Shown here piece by piece: positions 12,966 through 25,097 of a stretch of 64,000 bases of DNA. Within the stretch, counting starts at the first letter, position 1; each line of letters starts with the position of its first letter. The stretch spans positions 193,731 to 257,730 of the forward strand of contig CAVWIZ010000006.1 of assembly GCA_963755195.1 (NCBI GenBank), written 5' to 3'. The stretch is from an uncultured Acidobacteriota bacterium (GTDB taxonomy: Bacteria > Acidobacteriota > Vicinamibacteria > Vicinamibacterales > CAVVIG01). A program made the position numbers and the translations under genes. A model generated the notes under the pieces. That model was not told the DNA's origin and searched no databases. It was given only the letters and a program-made list of their open reading frames with translations.

Positions 12966-13769
12966 CTAGGTTGTTGTTGCACGGTTTGGCACCACAATCC
13001 ACGCAATCAGGATGCTCAGTCCGTAGAGGCCCAGCATCGGCGCCGCGAAAATCGCCTGTGTGATCATGTCACCGCTCGGCGTGACGACCGCCGCGACGAC
13101 GAAAATGATCAGCACCGCGTACTTGATGTTCCGGAGCAGGAACCGCGCCGTCACCAGCCGCATTTTCGCCAGGAAGAAGACAATCGTCGGCATCTGGAAT
13201 ATGAGCCCCATGCCGATGAGCATTTTCGCGTAGAGATCGAATACGTCCTCCAGCCGGGGCATGAACACGAGGTCCGGCGTGTTGAAGCTGGCGAAGAACG
13301 TCATCATGAACGGGAACACGATGTAGTGATTGAAGGCTGCCCCCCCGACGAAACCGATCGTCGACATGAGCACGAAAGGAACGGCGAACTTCTTCTCGTT
13401 CGCGTACAACCCGGGGGCGATGAACAGCCAGACCTGGTACATGATCCAGGGCGTCGCGATCAGGACGCCGACAATCAGCCCAATCTGGACGTAGAGGCCG
13501 AACGCCTCGCCCGGCTGCGTGTAGATCATCCGGCTGCCGGTTGGCAGCACGCGGTTGGTCGGCGCGAGGATGAAGTTGACGACGGGGTTGATGAACGCGA
13601 GGCCGACGCCGACGCCGACCGCGATCCCGATGCAGGACTGCACGAGACGCTTCCGGAGCTCGTCGAGATGCTCCAGAAACGACATCTTGCCACCGGCGCC
13701 CTCGTCGTCGTCGTCGATGTCTGGCTGCAAGGCCCCTGAGTGGGGGCCGGGAAACTGTACCAAGGCCAC
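12966..13769 (-). CDS. tatC: twin-arginine translocase subunit TatC
   Basis: 267-aa ORF with MSFLEHLDELRKRLV and six hydrophobic segments typical of TatC. It lies directly downstream of tatA. The start is uncertain: GTG at 13769, or ATG at 13685 (MSFLEHL). Confidence 0.9.
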   Translation of the reverse strand: MALVQFPGPHSGALQPDIDDDDEGAGGKMSFLEHLDELRKRLVQSCIGIAVGVGVGLAFINPVVNFILAPTNRVLPTGSRMIYTQPGEAFGLYVQIGLIVGVLIATPWIMYQVWLFIAPGLYANEKKFAVPFVLMSTIGFVGGAAFNHYIVFPFMMTFFASFNTPDLVFMPRLEDVFDLYAKMLIGMGLIFQMPTIVFFLAKMRLVTARFLLRNIKYAVLIIFVVAAVVTPSGDMITQAIFAAPMLGLYGLSILIAWIVVPNRATTT

Positions 13770-13778
13770 GGCCTGAGT

Positions 13779-14072
13779 TTATGCGGTTTTGTCGGCCTTC
13801 TGGGCGGTCGGCGCGGCGGTGTCGTGCCCGTCGGACGATCCGGCCGCGACCGCCGCTGGCGCGGTGGCCTTGGATGCGTCGAGGTTGACGCGCTGCTCTT
13901 CGATGCGGATTTCTTCTTCGAGCGTGCTCTTCAGTTCGTTCGAGGCTCGCTTGAATTCGGCCAGGCTCTTGCCCAGGGAACGACCCAACTCGGGCAGTTT
14001 GCGCGGACCAAAAATAATCAGAGCGATCACGAAAATGACGACCAGCTCCGGCATGCCAAGTGAGCCAAACAT
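13779..14072 (-). CDS. tatA: twin-arginine translocase TatA/TatE family subunit
   Basis: Internal ATG of ORF 13779..14123, preceded by AGGAG. MFGSLGMPELVVIFVIALIIFGPRKLPELGRSLGKSLAEFKRA matches the TatA TM helix, the FGP hinge and the amphipathic helix. Confidence 0.9.
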   Translation of the reverse strand: MFGSLGMPELVVIFVIALIIFGPRKLPELGRSLGKSLAEFKRASNELKSTLEEEIRIEEQRVNLDASKATAPAAVAAGSSDGHDTAAPTAQKADKTA

Positions 14073-14182
14073 GGTGTACTCCTGCTTTGAACCATTATAG
14101 GAACCGAATCCCAGACGGGTCAAGAAGATCCACCGAGTTCTGTGCCCAGAAGTCGTTGCTCATAAGGAACTTATCTGCTAGC

Positions 14183-15832
14183 ATGCGAGACATGCGACGT
14201 TATCGAGCCCTCTCCATCGTCGTCTCCGTCATTGCCGTGTCGGCGCTCGTCGGCGGGCTGTTTGGCAGGCGCCTGCTGGCGACCGACGACAAGGTTCCCG
14301 AATATGAGCGGGCGTTCTCGTTTGCGCTGAGCGCGATCGAGGCGAACTACATCGACAAGGTCGAATCCGATCGTCTCGTGTACGGGGCGGTCCGCGGCAT
14401 GCTCTCGACCCTCGACCCGCATTCGAGTTTTTTCGACCCGCGCGAGTACGCGCAAATGCGCGAGCGGCAGGAAGGGCACTACTACGGCATCGGGATTCAA
14501 ATCAGCTCGATTGACAGCGAGGTGATCGCGCAATTCGTCTTCGAGGGGTCGCCCTCGCATAAGCAGGGCGTGCGGCAGGGCGACGTCCTCGCGAGGATTG
14601 CGGGCGAAGACACCAAGAGCTGGAACTGTGCGACGCCGGCGGAGTGCACCGACCGGGCGATGAAGAAGCTGCGCGGCGCGCGGGGGACGCCCGTCCAGAT
14701 TTCACTGCGGCGACGCGGCTATGCCCAGTTGATCCCGGTCGAGCTCGTGCGCGACGAAATCACCATTCCGACCGTGCCCGCATCTTTCATGATCGACGCG
14801 ACGACGGGGTACGTTCAGCTGCGGGATTTCGGCGAGAACACCGATCGGGATCTCAGGCGGGCGCTTCAGAGTCTGGCCTCGAAGGGCATGCGCCGGCTGC
14901 TGCTCGACATTCGCAACAACCCGGGCGGGCCGCTCGACCAGGCCATCAAGGTCGTGAACGAGTTCACGCCGCGCGGCAAGATGATCGTGTATACACGTGG
15001 CCGCGTCTCCAATTCCGATCAGAATTACCGGGCGACCGAAGACGGCGCGTTCACCGACATTCCGATCGTCATGATGGCGAATCGGAGCAGCGCCAGCGCA
15101 TCGGAAATCGTCACGGGCGCGCTGCAGGATCACGACCGCGCCTACCTGGTCGGCGAAACGACGTTTGGTAAGGCGCTCGTGCAGTCGATCTACCGTGTCA
15201 GCGGCGGCGCCGGCCTGGCCCTCACGACCGCGCATTACCACACTCCGAGCGGACGGTTGATCCAGCGGCCGTGGGACGCGACCTTCGACGAGTACCTGAC
15301 GTACACGATGCGCGATCAGGACGCCAACAAGGCGCATAACCCGAGCGATTTGAAGCGGACCGACGCGGGCCGCCCCGTGTACAGCGGCGGCGGAATCGAG
15401 CCAGACAAGCGAGTGACCGGGCCAATCGAAGGATTCGACCCGACCCGATTCGGGCGTTCGCTGAACGGGCGCAACGCATTTGCCATTTACGCGGCCAAGT
15501 TCAACGCGGAGGGCGACTCGCGTGTGGTCCAGGTTTCAACCGGTCGCAAGACCGTCAAGGCGAACTTCGTCGTGGACGATGCGATGGTGGCGGATTTCCG
15601 CGAGCAGCTCAAGGCCGATCGGGTGAGGATCGATGAAGACGCGTTCAAGAAGGACTTGGACTTTATCAAGGCCATGATCCGGTTCGAAATCGACCGGGCG
15701 CTCTTCGGGGTGTCCGAGGCACGGCGGCACTTGATTGAGGTCGATCCGCAGTCGCTCGTCGCGCTGACCATGTTCGGCGAGGCACAGAAGCTGTTGGACC
15801 TTTCGCGCGCGTCTTCCAAAGCCGCGCATTGA
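14183..15832 (+). CDS. S41 family carboxyl-terminal processing peptidase
   Basis: Internal ATG of ORF 14060..15832. TM anchor, PDZ region (GIGIQISSIDSEVIAQFVFEGSPSHKQGVRQGDVLARIAG) and S41 catalytic region (LLLDIRNNPGGPLDQAI..., MANRSSASASEIVTGALQD..., GETTFGKALVQ). Confidence 0.85.
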   Translation: MRDMRRYRALSIVVSVIAVSALVGGLFGRRLLATDDKVPEYERAFSFALSAIEANYIDKVESDRLVYGAVRGMLSTLDPHSSFFDPREYAQMRERQEGHYYGIGIQISSIDSEVIAQFVFEGSPSHKQGVRQGDVLARIAGEDTKSWNCATPAECTDRAMKKLRGARGTPVQISLRRRGYAQLIPVELVRDEITIPTVPASFMIDATTGYVQLRDFGENTDRDLRRALQSLASKGMRRLLLDIRNNPGGPLDQAIKVVNEFTPRGKMIVYTRGRVSNSDQNYRATEDGAFTDIPIVMMANRSSASASEIVTGALQDHDRAYLVGETTFGKALVQSIYRVSGGAGLALTTAHYHTPSGRLIQRPWDATFDEYLTYTMRDQDANKAHNPSDLKRTDAGRPVYSGGGIEPDKRVTGPIEGFDPTRFGRSLNGRNAFAIYAAKFNAEGDSRVVQVSTGRKTVKANFVVDDAMVADFREQLKADRVRIDEDAFKKDLDFIKAMIRFEIDRALFGVSEARRHLIEVDPQSLVALTMFGEAQKLLDLSRASSKAAH

Positions 15833-15898
15833 GCGCGGCCACGTAAAGCCGCGCATTGAGCGCGACCACGTAAAGCCGCGCACTGAGCGCGGCCATGA
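15818..15898. repeat. 3 tandem 27-bp units, each a GC hairpin containing an in-frame TGA
   Basis: The units are AAAGCCGCGCATTGAGCGCGGCCACGT (15818-15844), a copy with 1 mismatch (15845-15871) and a degenerate third copy (15872-15898). Each contains GCCGCGC-ATTGA-GCGCGGC (7-bp stem). The first unit contains the peptidase stop codon (15830-15832). Confidence 0.9.
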
Positions 15899-16181
15899 GC
15901 TGCGGGAACGAGCGCAGCCACGAGTTCTGCAGTGACCGTCGCTTTGGGCACGCATCCGGGACGCTTCTTGGTGGATTGGGGCAAGTAACCACAATTTGTT
16001 GGGCACCAGATTGCCCTTGCCCCCATAGGTAGGCCTTGGTACACTGGCGACCGTTCGCGGCCAGGGGCCGCTTTCCACGTCCGGAAAGCGAAACGCCGCA
16101 GAATCGGTCTGTTGTCAGCCTGACTCCCAGCAGAGAATCCCGCACATTGAGGCATCGACGGCGATGCCATGGTGTAGACCC

Positions 16182-19100
16182 ATGCGCCTCGAAAGATTAG
16201 AGATCAACGGCTTCAAGTCGTTTTCGGATCGCTCCGAGCTCGCGTTCGACAAAGGCGTGACCGCCATCGTCGGTCCGAACGGGTGCGGCAAGAGCAACGT
16301 GGCCGACGCGATTACGTGGGTGATGGGCGAGCAGAGCGCCAAGAGCCTGCGCGGCGAGCGGATGGAGGACGTCCTCTTCAGCGGCAGCGACGCCCGCAAG
16401 CCGACGGCCGCCGCGGAAGTCCGGCTGCGGTTCAGCGGCGTGCTGAATGTCTCCGGCCCGTCGCTGCTCGAAGAACCTGCCAACGGTCACGGGAGCCATG
16501 GCGGCAACGGTCACAACGGGAATGGCCACAATGGGAACGGCCACCACTCCCACGAAACCGGCAACGGGCACGAGCCGATCCCGTTTGTCGCCACCGCGGC
16601 GAGCCGACCTGACGCCGTTCTCAGCCGGGCGGAAGCCGAAGAGATCATCCAGTCGGTCGCGCGCGAGGTTGAGGTGACCCGTCGTTTGTACCGGTCGGGT
16701 GAAAGCGAATACCTGATCGACGGTCAGGTCTGCCGGCTGCGCGACGTGCACGAACTGCTGATGGACACCGGGCTCGGCGCCAAGGCCTACGCCATCATCG
16801 AACAAGGCAAGATCGGCTTGATCCTCAGCTCGCGGCCGACCGACCGCCGCCAGCTCATCGAGGAAGCTGCCGGGGTCACGAGGTACAAGTCGCGTCGCCG
16901 CGCCGCCGAGCTCAAGCTGGAGGCGGCACGCCAGAATCTGACGCGCATCGACGACATCGTTTTCGAAGTCGAGAAGCAGCGTGGGACCCTCAAACGGCAG
17001 GCGGCGAAGGCGCGCCGTTACCAGCGGCTGCGCGACGAGCTGCGGCGCTGCGAGAAGGTGCTGCTGGCGCGGAAGTACCGGCAGCTCGCCGAGACGATCG
17101 AGTCGGCGCGGACGCGGCTGACCGGGGCTCGCGTTCGTGAATCCGCTGCCGCGGCGCATGTGGCGGAAGTCGAGTCCAACCTGAGCCGGCTGCGAATCGA
17201 ACTGGTCGAAGCGGAATCGCGCGCCACGACGTCTCGCGAGGCGGCCCATGCCTGCGAGCTCACCATCAATCGCCAGCAGCAGCAGATCGCGTTTGACAAT
17301 GAACAGATTCACGCGCTCGAGGGGCGAACGGCGGCGATCGTCGCGGAAGTGACCGCGCTGACGGCGCGTCGCGAACCAGCCCTGGCCGTGCTCGAGGCGC
17401 GCCGCACGGCCGCCGTCTTTGCCGACGCCGAGCGCGACCGGGCGGCGGCCACGGTGACGGCCGGTGCGGACGCGTACGAGTCGGCCCATTGCGAAATCGA
17501 GGGGCTCGAGGCCGACGTCGAAGCCGCGCGCAGCGAAGTGTTTTCAGCGCTCAATTCGGCGACGGCGCTGCGTCACGCGATCGAACATGCGGGCGCGACA
17601 CGCGATCGCGTCGGCGAGGCGCTGTCCAAACTCGACGTGGAAACAGCCGACGTGCGGGTTGAGTCCGATCGCGTGGCGGCCGACCACGCGGCGGCTGCCG
17701 AGGCGCTTCGGCGCGCGCAGCAGGCGATTGAGGCGACCCGCATCGCGCGGACGGCCCGCGAATCCGAGCTGGCCAGCGCGCGCATCGAACACGAGTGGCG
17801 TGCGCGTCTCGTGCGCTCGCGCGAGCACGAGTTGGCCGGCATGGAAGGGCGGTTGAAGTCGCTCGAAGAGCTGGACGCGTCGCGGGCCGGTTACGGCGAC
17901 GCGGCGCGGGCCCTGCTCGCGCAGGCCAATGGCAAGGTGGGACAGCAGGGCGCGGTGGCCGACTACCTCGAAGTGGACGCCGGCTACGAACGGGCGGTCG
18001 AGGCCTGCCTCGCCGACTTGCTGCAGCACGTGATTGTCGAACGCCCGGAGCACGCGGTCGCCGGGTTCGGTCTCGTGCGCGACGCGAGCGCGGGCCGCTG
18101 CGGGTTCCTGATCGCCGGACAGGACGGCGTCGCGTCCGACATCAGCCTGACGGACGCACCGGTTCCCGACGGAGTCGTCGCGCTCTCGTCCGTCGTCCGC
18201 GTCACCGGCGCGCACGCCGGCGCGATTCGCCACGCGGTCGGCGACGCGTGGATCGCCGATTCGTACGAGCGCGCGTCGGATGCGAGCCGCCTCACGCCGC
18301 TGGCCGTCGTGACGCGCGAGGGCGACGTGTTCCACGGACCGCACCTGGTCAGCGGCGGCATCCACGAGGAGGCGCGAGGCATTCTCGAAACGAAAGGGGA
18401 GATCAAGGAGCTGCGCGGCCGGATCCAGTCCGCGCACGATGAACTCGGCCGTCTTGCCGAGGAGACGTCGGGACTCGAGGCCACGATTGCGCAGGCGTCC
18501 AACGCGGTTGCCGCGCTGGCGGCCGAACACCACAAGCAGGAGAAGGCCATCGTCGCCCAGGACGCGCTATTGCAGCGCGCCGCGGACGAGGCGACCCGTC
18601 TTGCGCAGAAAGGCGAGCAGCTCGCGCGCGAGCGGCGGCAGGCCGAGGAAGAGCGCGAGGCGATCGACCGCCGTCAGGGCGAGGCGCGCGCGTCGGTCAG
18701 CCAGCTCGAGCAGGACCAGCAGACGGCCGACGACCGGCTCACGTCGGCGCAGCGACGATTGTTCGAGGCGCGCGAAGCCGCCGAAGATCTCAGCCAGCGC
18801 GCCGCCGAGGCCCGCGCCGCGCATGCCGCTCTCGTCGAGCGGGCGGTCGCCCTGGCGTCCGAGGTGCAGCGTCTCGAGGAGGCCGGTGCGGAGCTCGAGG
18901 CGCGCGCGCTGCTCTCTCGGCCGAGCTCGACGACGCGGTTCGCCGTGTCGACACGCTGCGCGGCGCCATTGTCGCCGGTCAGGCGAAGCTCGACGCGGAC
19001 GTGCTCGCCCTCGACCGGCTCCGCCAGGATGTGCGGATCGCCGACGACACCGTGTCGGCCCTGCGCACGAGTACGGACGAACACGACGCGACGCTCAAGG

Positions 19101-20051
19101 ATCTGCGAGCGGTGCTCGAGGCCGTTCGCGCGACGGTGGCCGAACTGGACGTGGCCCGTGCCACCGCCGAGAGCGACCTTATGCATCTGGCGGCCTCCTG
19201 CCTCGAGACGGTCCAGGCCACGCTTGACGAGGTGGTCGTGGAGGTCGACGAACTTGAACGCCGGGGCGAGGCGGCGCCCGATTCGCGCGTGATCAGCGTC
19301 GACGATTCCGAAGAGTTCGCCGTTGAGGAAGTTGAAGGCGACGGCGTCGGCGATGCTGACGTCCTCCAAGTCCCCGGCACGGCCGTCGCCCTCGCGACCG
19401 AGCGCGCGCTCGGAGCCGAGGAGTTGATCGGCACGCTTCGCGCGAAGATCGATCGCCTCGGCGCTGTCAACATGATGGCGATCGAGCAATTCGACGAGTT
19501 GGAGACGCGCCACACGTTCCTGACGATTCAGCGCAAGGACTTGCTCGATTCCATCGCCCAGACGAGTCAGGCGATCAAGCGCATCGACGAAACGACGCGC
19601 CAGCGCTTTGCCGAAGCGTTCACGGCCATCAACCGGAACTTCCAGGAGACGTTCAGCACGCTTGTTCGGCGGCGGCCGGGCGGGCCTCACGCTGCTCGAC
19701 GAGAACGATCCGCTCGAAAGCGGCATCGAAATCATCGCGCAGCCGCCCGGCAAGCGTTTGCAGAGCGTCCAGCTGCTCTCGGGCGGTGAGAAGGCGCTGA
19801 CCGCTATTGCGTTGATGTTCGGCCTGTTCAAGTTCAAGCCGAGCCCGTTTTGCCTGCTCGACGAAATCGATGCCCCGCTCGACGACGCGAATATCGGCCG
19901 GTTCGTGGAAATGCTGAGGAGCATGCTGGTCCACACCCAGTTCATCCTCATCACCCACAACCGCAAGACCATGGAAATCGCAGACCGCCTGTACGGCGTC
20001 ACCATGGAAGAACCAGGCGTCTCGAAGCTGATTTCGGTCCAGTTGAACTGA
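16182..20051 (+). pseudogene. smc: chromosome segregation protein SMC, two frameshifts
   Basis: MRLERLEINGFKSFSDRSELAFDKGVTAIVGPNGCGKSNVADAITWVMGEQS (Walker A), long coiled coils and a hinge (GYERAVEACLADLLQHVIVE). The frame changes near 18915 and back near 19664. The C-terminal head is in ORF 19608..20051 ([49 protein letters not shown]). Confidence 0.9.
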
Positions 20052-20089
20052 GAGGCGCCGCCCCCCGTATGTACGCCCGGAGGCGTGTT

Positions 20090-20971
20090 ATGTCTGTTCA
20101 AGGCTTGCAGCGGCGGTCGCGGCGCTCGCCATTGGCGTTTTCGGTCCTCATCGTGGCGTCGGTGGCGGCTGCGGGCTGCGTTGGCATGGGGCCGCTGCTC
20201 GGCAGGGCCTCAGAGACCTGGACCCACACCTACCCCCTCGGCGAGACCGGCGAAGTCACGATCGTGAACGTCAACGGCAAAGTGGACGTGGAGGGCGTGG
20301 ACGGTTCGACGCTCGAGGTGCAGGCGGAGCGCATCGCGAGGGGGGCCACCGACCAGATCGCGCGCGACCTGCTGCAGCGCATTCCGATCGAGGAGCACGC
20401 CACCAAGGATTTCGTCTCGGTCGAGACCAAGCGCATCAGCGGGTGGCTGATCGGCGCCAGCTTCGAAGTGCGGTATCACGTCAAGGCGCCCCGGACCGCG
20501 ACGGTTCGTGCGACGACGGTGAACGGCGGCGTGACCGTGACGGCGATGGACGGCCGGGTGATCGCGCAAACGACCAACGGCGGCGTCGTCGCCAAGGAGA
20601 TTGGCGGCGCCATCGAGGCGCGCACCGTCAACGGCGGCGTCAGAGTGCAGCTCGCGCCGCAGAGCCGCGGCGGCGACGCCGACGCCAAGATCAAGCTGAC
20701 GACGGTCAACGGCGGCGTGCGCCTGGCGCTCCCCGAAACCGCCAAGGCCTCGGTGACCGCGAGCTGGGTGAACGGGGGCATGACGATTTCCGGATTGCAT
20801 TTTGAGGTCAAGGAGCAGTCGAAGCGACATTTCGAAGGCGACTTGAACGGCGGCGGGGTACGGATCACGATGAACACCGTCAACGGCGGCGTCACGGTCG
20901 GGTCGGGCCTCGACGAGTCGCCGAGTTCGCGTCGGGGCCAGGCGGAGCTTTCAGACCTGACCGCTCGATGA
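20090..20971 (+). CDS. DUF4097-like beta-strand repeat lipoprotein
   Basis: Internal ATG of ORF 19850..20971. Lipobox-like VAAAGC, then repeated (T)VNGG(V/M) beta-strand units (TTVNGGVTVTA, QTTNGGVVAKE, RTVNGGVRVQL, TTVNGGVRLAL, SWVNGGMTISG, NTVNGGVTVGS). An alternative start is at 20069. Confidence 0.7.
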   Translation: MSVQGLQRRSRRSPLAFSVLIVASVAAAGCVGMGPLLGRASETWTHTYPLGETGEVTIVNVNGKVDVEGVDGSTLEVQAERIARGATDQIARDLLQRIPIEEHATKDFVSVETKRISGWLIGASFEVRYHVKAPRTATVRATTVNGGVTVTAMDGRVIAQTTNGGVVAKEIGGAIEARTVNGGVRVQLAPQSRGGDADAKIKLTTVNGGVRLALPETAKASVTASWVNGGMTISGLHFEVKEQSKRHFEGDLNGGGVRITMNTVNGGVTVGSGLDESPSSRRGQAELSDLTAR

Positions 20972-20978
20972 ACCCCCG

Positions 20979-22110
20979 ATGAACGAAGACAAGGCCAGCC
21001 GTTACCATCGACTCAAACGGCAGGCGAGCGTGGCGTCGCTCTCGTGGACGCTGTTCCTCTTCGCTGGGCTCATGGCGAGCGGCGCCAGCGCGTCGCTCCG
21101 CAACGCCGCCGAGCGCACGGCTTCATTGCTGGGCGCGCCACTGGCGTGGCAGGCCACCCTGAGCGTGGTGCTCTATGTCGTGCTGCTGTCGGCGCTCAAC
21201 GAAGCCGGCAACCTTCCCGTGGCCGCCTACAGCGGCTTCTTCCTCGAGCGCCGCTACGGCCTGTCGAATGAGCGGCTGGGCCGATGGCTCGTGGATCAGG
21301 GCAAATCGTTCGGCATCGGGTTGCTCCTCGCAAGCGGCGCCGCGGCGATCCTTTACGCCCTCATCCGGTATTCACCCGAACGGTGGTGGCTGCCGGCCGG
21401 CGCCGTTTTCGCCCTTCTGATCGTCCTCTTGACCAACGTCGCACCGGTGCTGCTGCTTCCTCTGTTTTATCGAGTGAAGCCGCTCGACCGCGAGTCGTTG
21501 CGCATGCGCCTGATCGGCCTGGCCGAGCGGGCGGGCGCCCGCGTGCTGGGCGCCTACGAATGGGGCCTGAGCGACAAGACGAAGAAGGCCAACGCCGCCC
21601 TCGCCGGCCTCGGCGCGACGCGGCGCATTCTGGTCTCGGACACGATGCTCGCGGAATACTCCGACGAAGAAATCGAGGTAGTGCTCGCGCATGAGCTCGC
21701 CCACCATATCCACGGAGACATCTGGAAGGGCCTTCTCTTCGAGAGCGCACTGATTCTGGCGGGCTTCTACCTGGCGGCTCGCGTGCTGGGTGGACTGGCT
21801 GCCGCGTTTTCCCTGCGCGGCGTCGCCGATATCGCCGGCCTGCCGCTGCTGATGCTGGCGGCGGGCGCCGTGTCGTTGGTGATGGTGCCGGTGGCGCACG
21901 CGATGTCGCGGGCGTTCGAACGGAGCGCCGATCGGCTTCGCGCTCCACCTGACGCGCAACCCGTCGGCCTTCATATCGGCGATGCGACGCCTTGGCGCGC
22001 AGAACCTCGCCGAAGAGCATCCGTCGCGTCTGGTGCAGTGGCTCTTTTACAGCCATCCGCCCCTTCACGAGCGAATCGCCGCCGCGCAGGCTTTCGCCAA
22101 TATGCGATAG
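20979..22110 (+). pseudogene. M48 family (Ste24/HtpX-like) zinc metallopeptidase, one frameshift
   Basis: Multi-TM N-terminus and HEXXH (VVLAHELAHHIHGD). The frame changes near 21935 after ...AFERSADR. The continuation in another frame reads FALHLTRNPSAFISAMRRLGAQNLAEEHPSRLVQWLFYSHPPLHERI and ends at TAG 22108-22110. Confidence 0.8.
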
Positions 22111-22127
22111 ACGCGTGCGGGGCTGGT

Positions 22128-22697
22128 TCAGTCCTTGAAGATTCCAGCCAGGGGCATCGCGAGGCCCGGCAGCAGCGGCGTCGTCAGCACGTCGCCGGCT
22201 TCGCGGGAGAGCTCGACTGCTTTCCCGAATGTGCCGGCGGCCAGGCGATAGATGCGGATCACGTCGACCTCTGGATCGATCATCCAGTATTCAGACACGC
22301 CGGTGCGCTCGTAGAGCCGACGCTTGATCGTCTCGTCACGCTTGCGTGTGCCGGGCGAACCGATCTCGACAACGAGCTCTGGCACACCGCGGGCATGGAG
22401 CTTGGTCAACACGATTTCGGCCCGTTCGTTGGACAGATACAGCAGGTCTGGTTCGACGACGTCGAAGGTGCCGGAAGACGACGTCGTAGGGCGCGTAGAA
22501 GACGTGTCCGATCGGGTGAGTCTCCGAGCCACGTGCCAATCAGACAGGTGAAGTCGCCCCGAGATCTGCTGGTGCCTGGTGTTTGGTGACGGCGTCACGT
22601 AGTGCTCCCCGTCGATGATCTCGTGCCGCTGCCCATCGTCGGGGAACAGCACGAAGTCGTCGTAGGTGAGCTTCACGCCGGGGCCGGCCGGCCTCAT
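22128..22697 (-). CDS. Uma2 (DUF820) family endonuclease, with an internal compensated frame excursion
   Basis: The 189-aa ORF is open throughout. Both the N-terminus ([36 protein letters not shown]) and the C-terminus ([11 protein letters not shown]..., [37 protein letters not shown]) fit Uma2. The expected central segment ([14 protein letters not shown]) is in a different frame (ORF 22336..22539). That implies one deletion near 22515 and one insertion near 22455. Confidence 0.75.
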   Translation of the reverse strand: MRPAGPGVKLTYDDFVLFPDDGQRHEIIDGEHYVTPSPNTRHQQISGRLHLSDWHVARRLTRSDTSSTRPTTSSSGTFDVVEPDLLYLSNERAEIVLTKLHARGVPELVVEIGSPGTRKRDETIKRRLYERTGVSEYWMIDPEVDVIRIYRLAAGTFGKAVELSREAGDVLTTPLLPGLAMPLAGIFKD

Positions 22698-22976
22698 CGT
22701 CGTCGCTGCCCGGGCATGCGCTCATTGTAGCGTCGTCCTGCCTGAAGTGTGCCAGCGGGCGGGGTAGGTTCTCTCAGGTCTTTCGGACCGAGGGCCTGCG
22801 GACGTCGCAAAATCCTGCACGGTCGCGGAGACCGCACGAAGCGGAATCTGCGCTTATGGCGGAGGGAGCGTGCGCGCTCGAGAGCGGCGACATCAGTCGC
22901 GCACGACACGCCTGTCCAGCACCTGAATTGGCTGGTCGCGAACAGGCCCCCGACGTCAAATGCTGTACCGCGTTTC

Positions 22977-25097
<2,121 letters not shown>

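Noticed and set aside
15999-16015. A sigma-54-like motif, TTGGGCACCAGATTGCC, upstream of smc.
   Set aside because: The GG-to-GC spacing is one nucleotide shorter than the invariant GG-N10-GC, and smc is not an expected sigma-54 target. One caveat: given the indel noise in this contig, a 1-nt spacing defect is not absolutely decisive.
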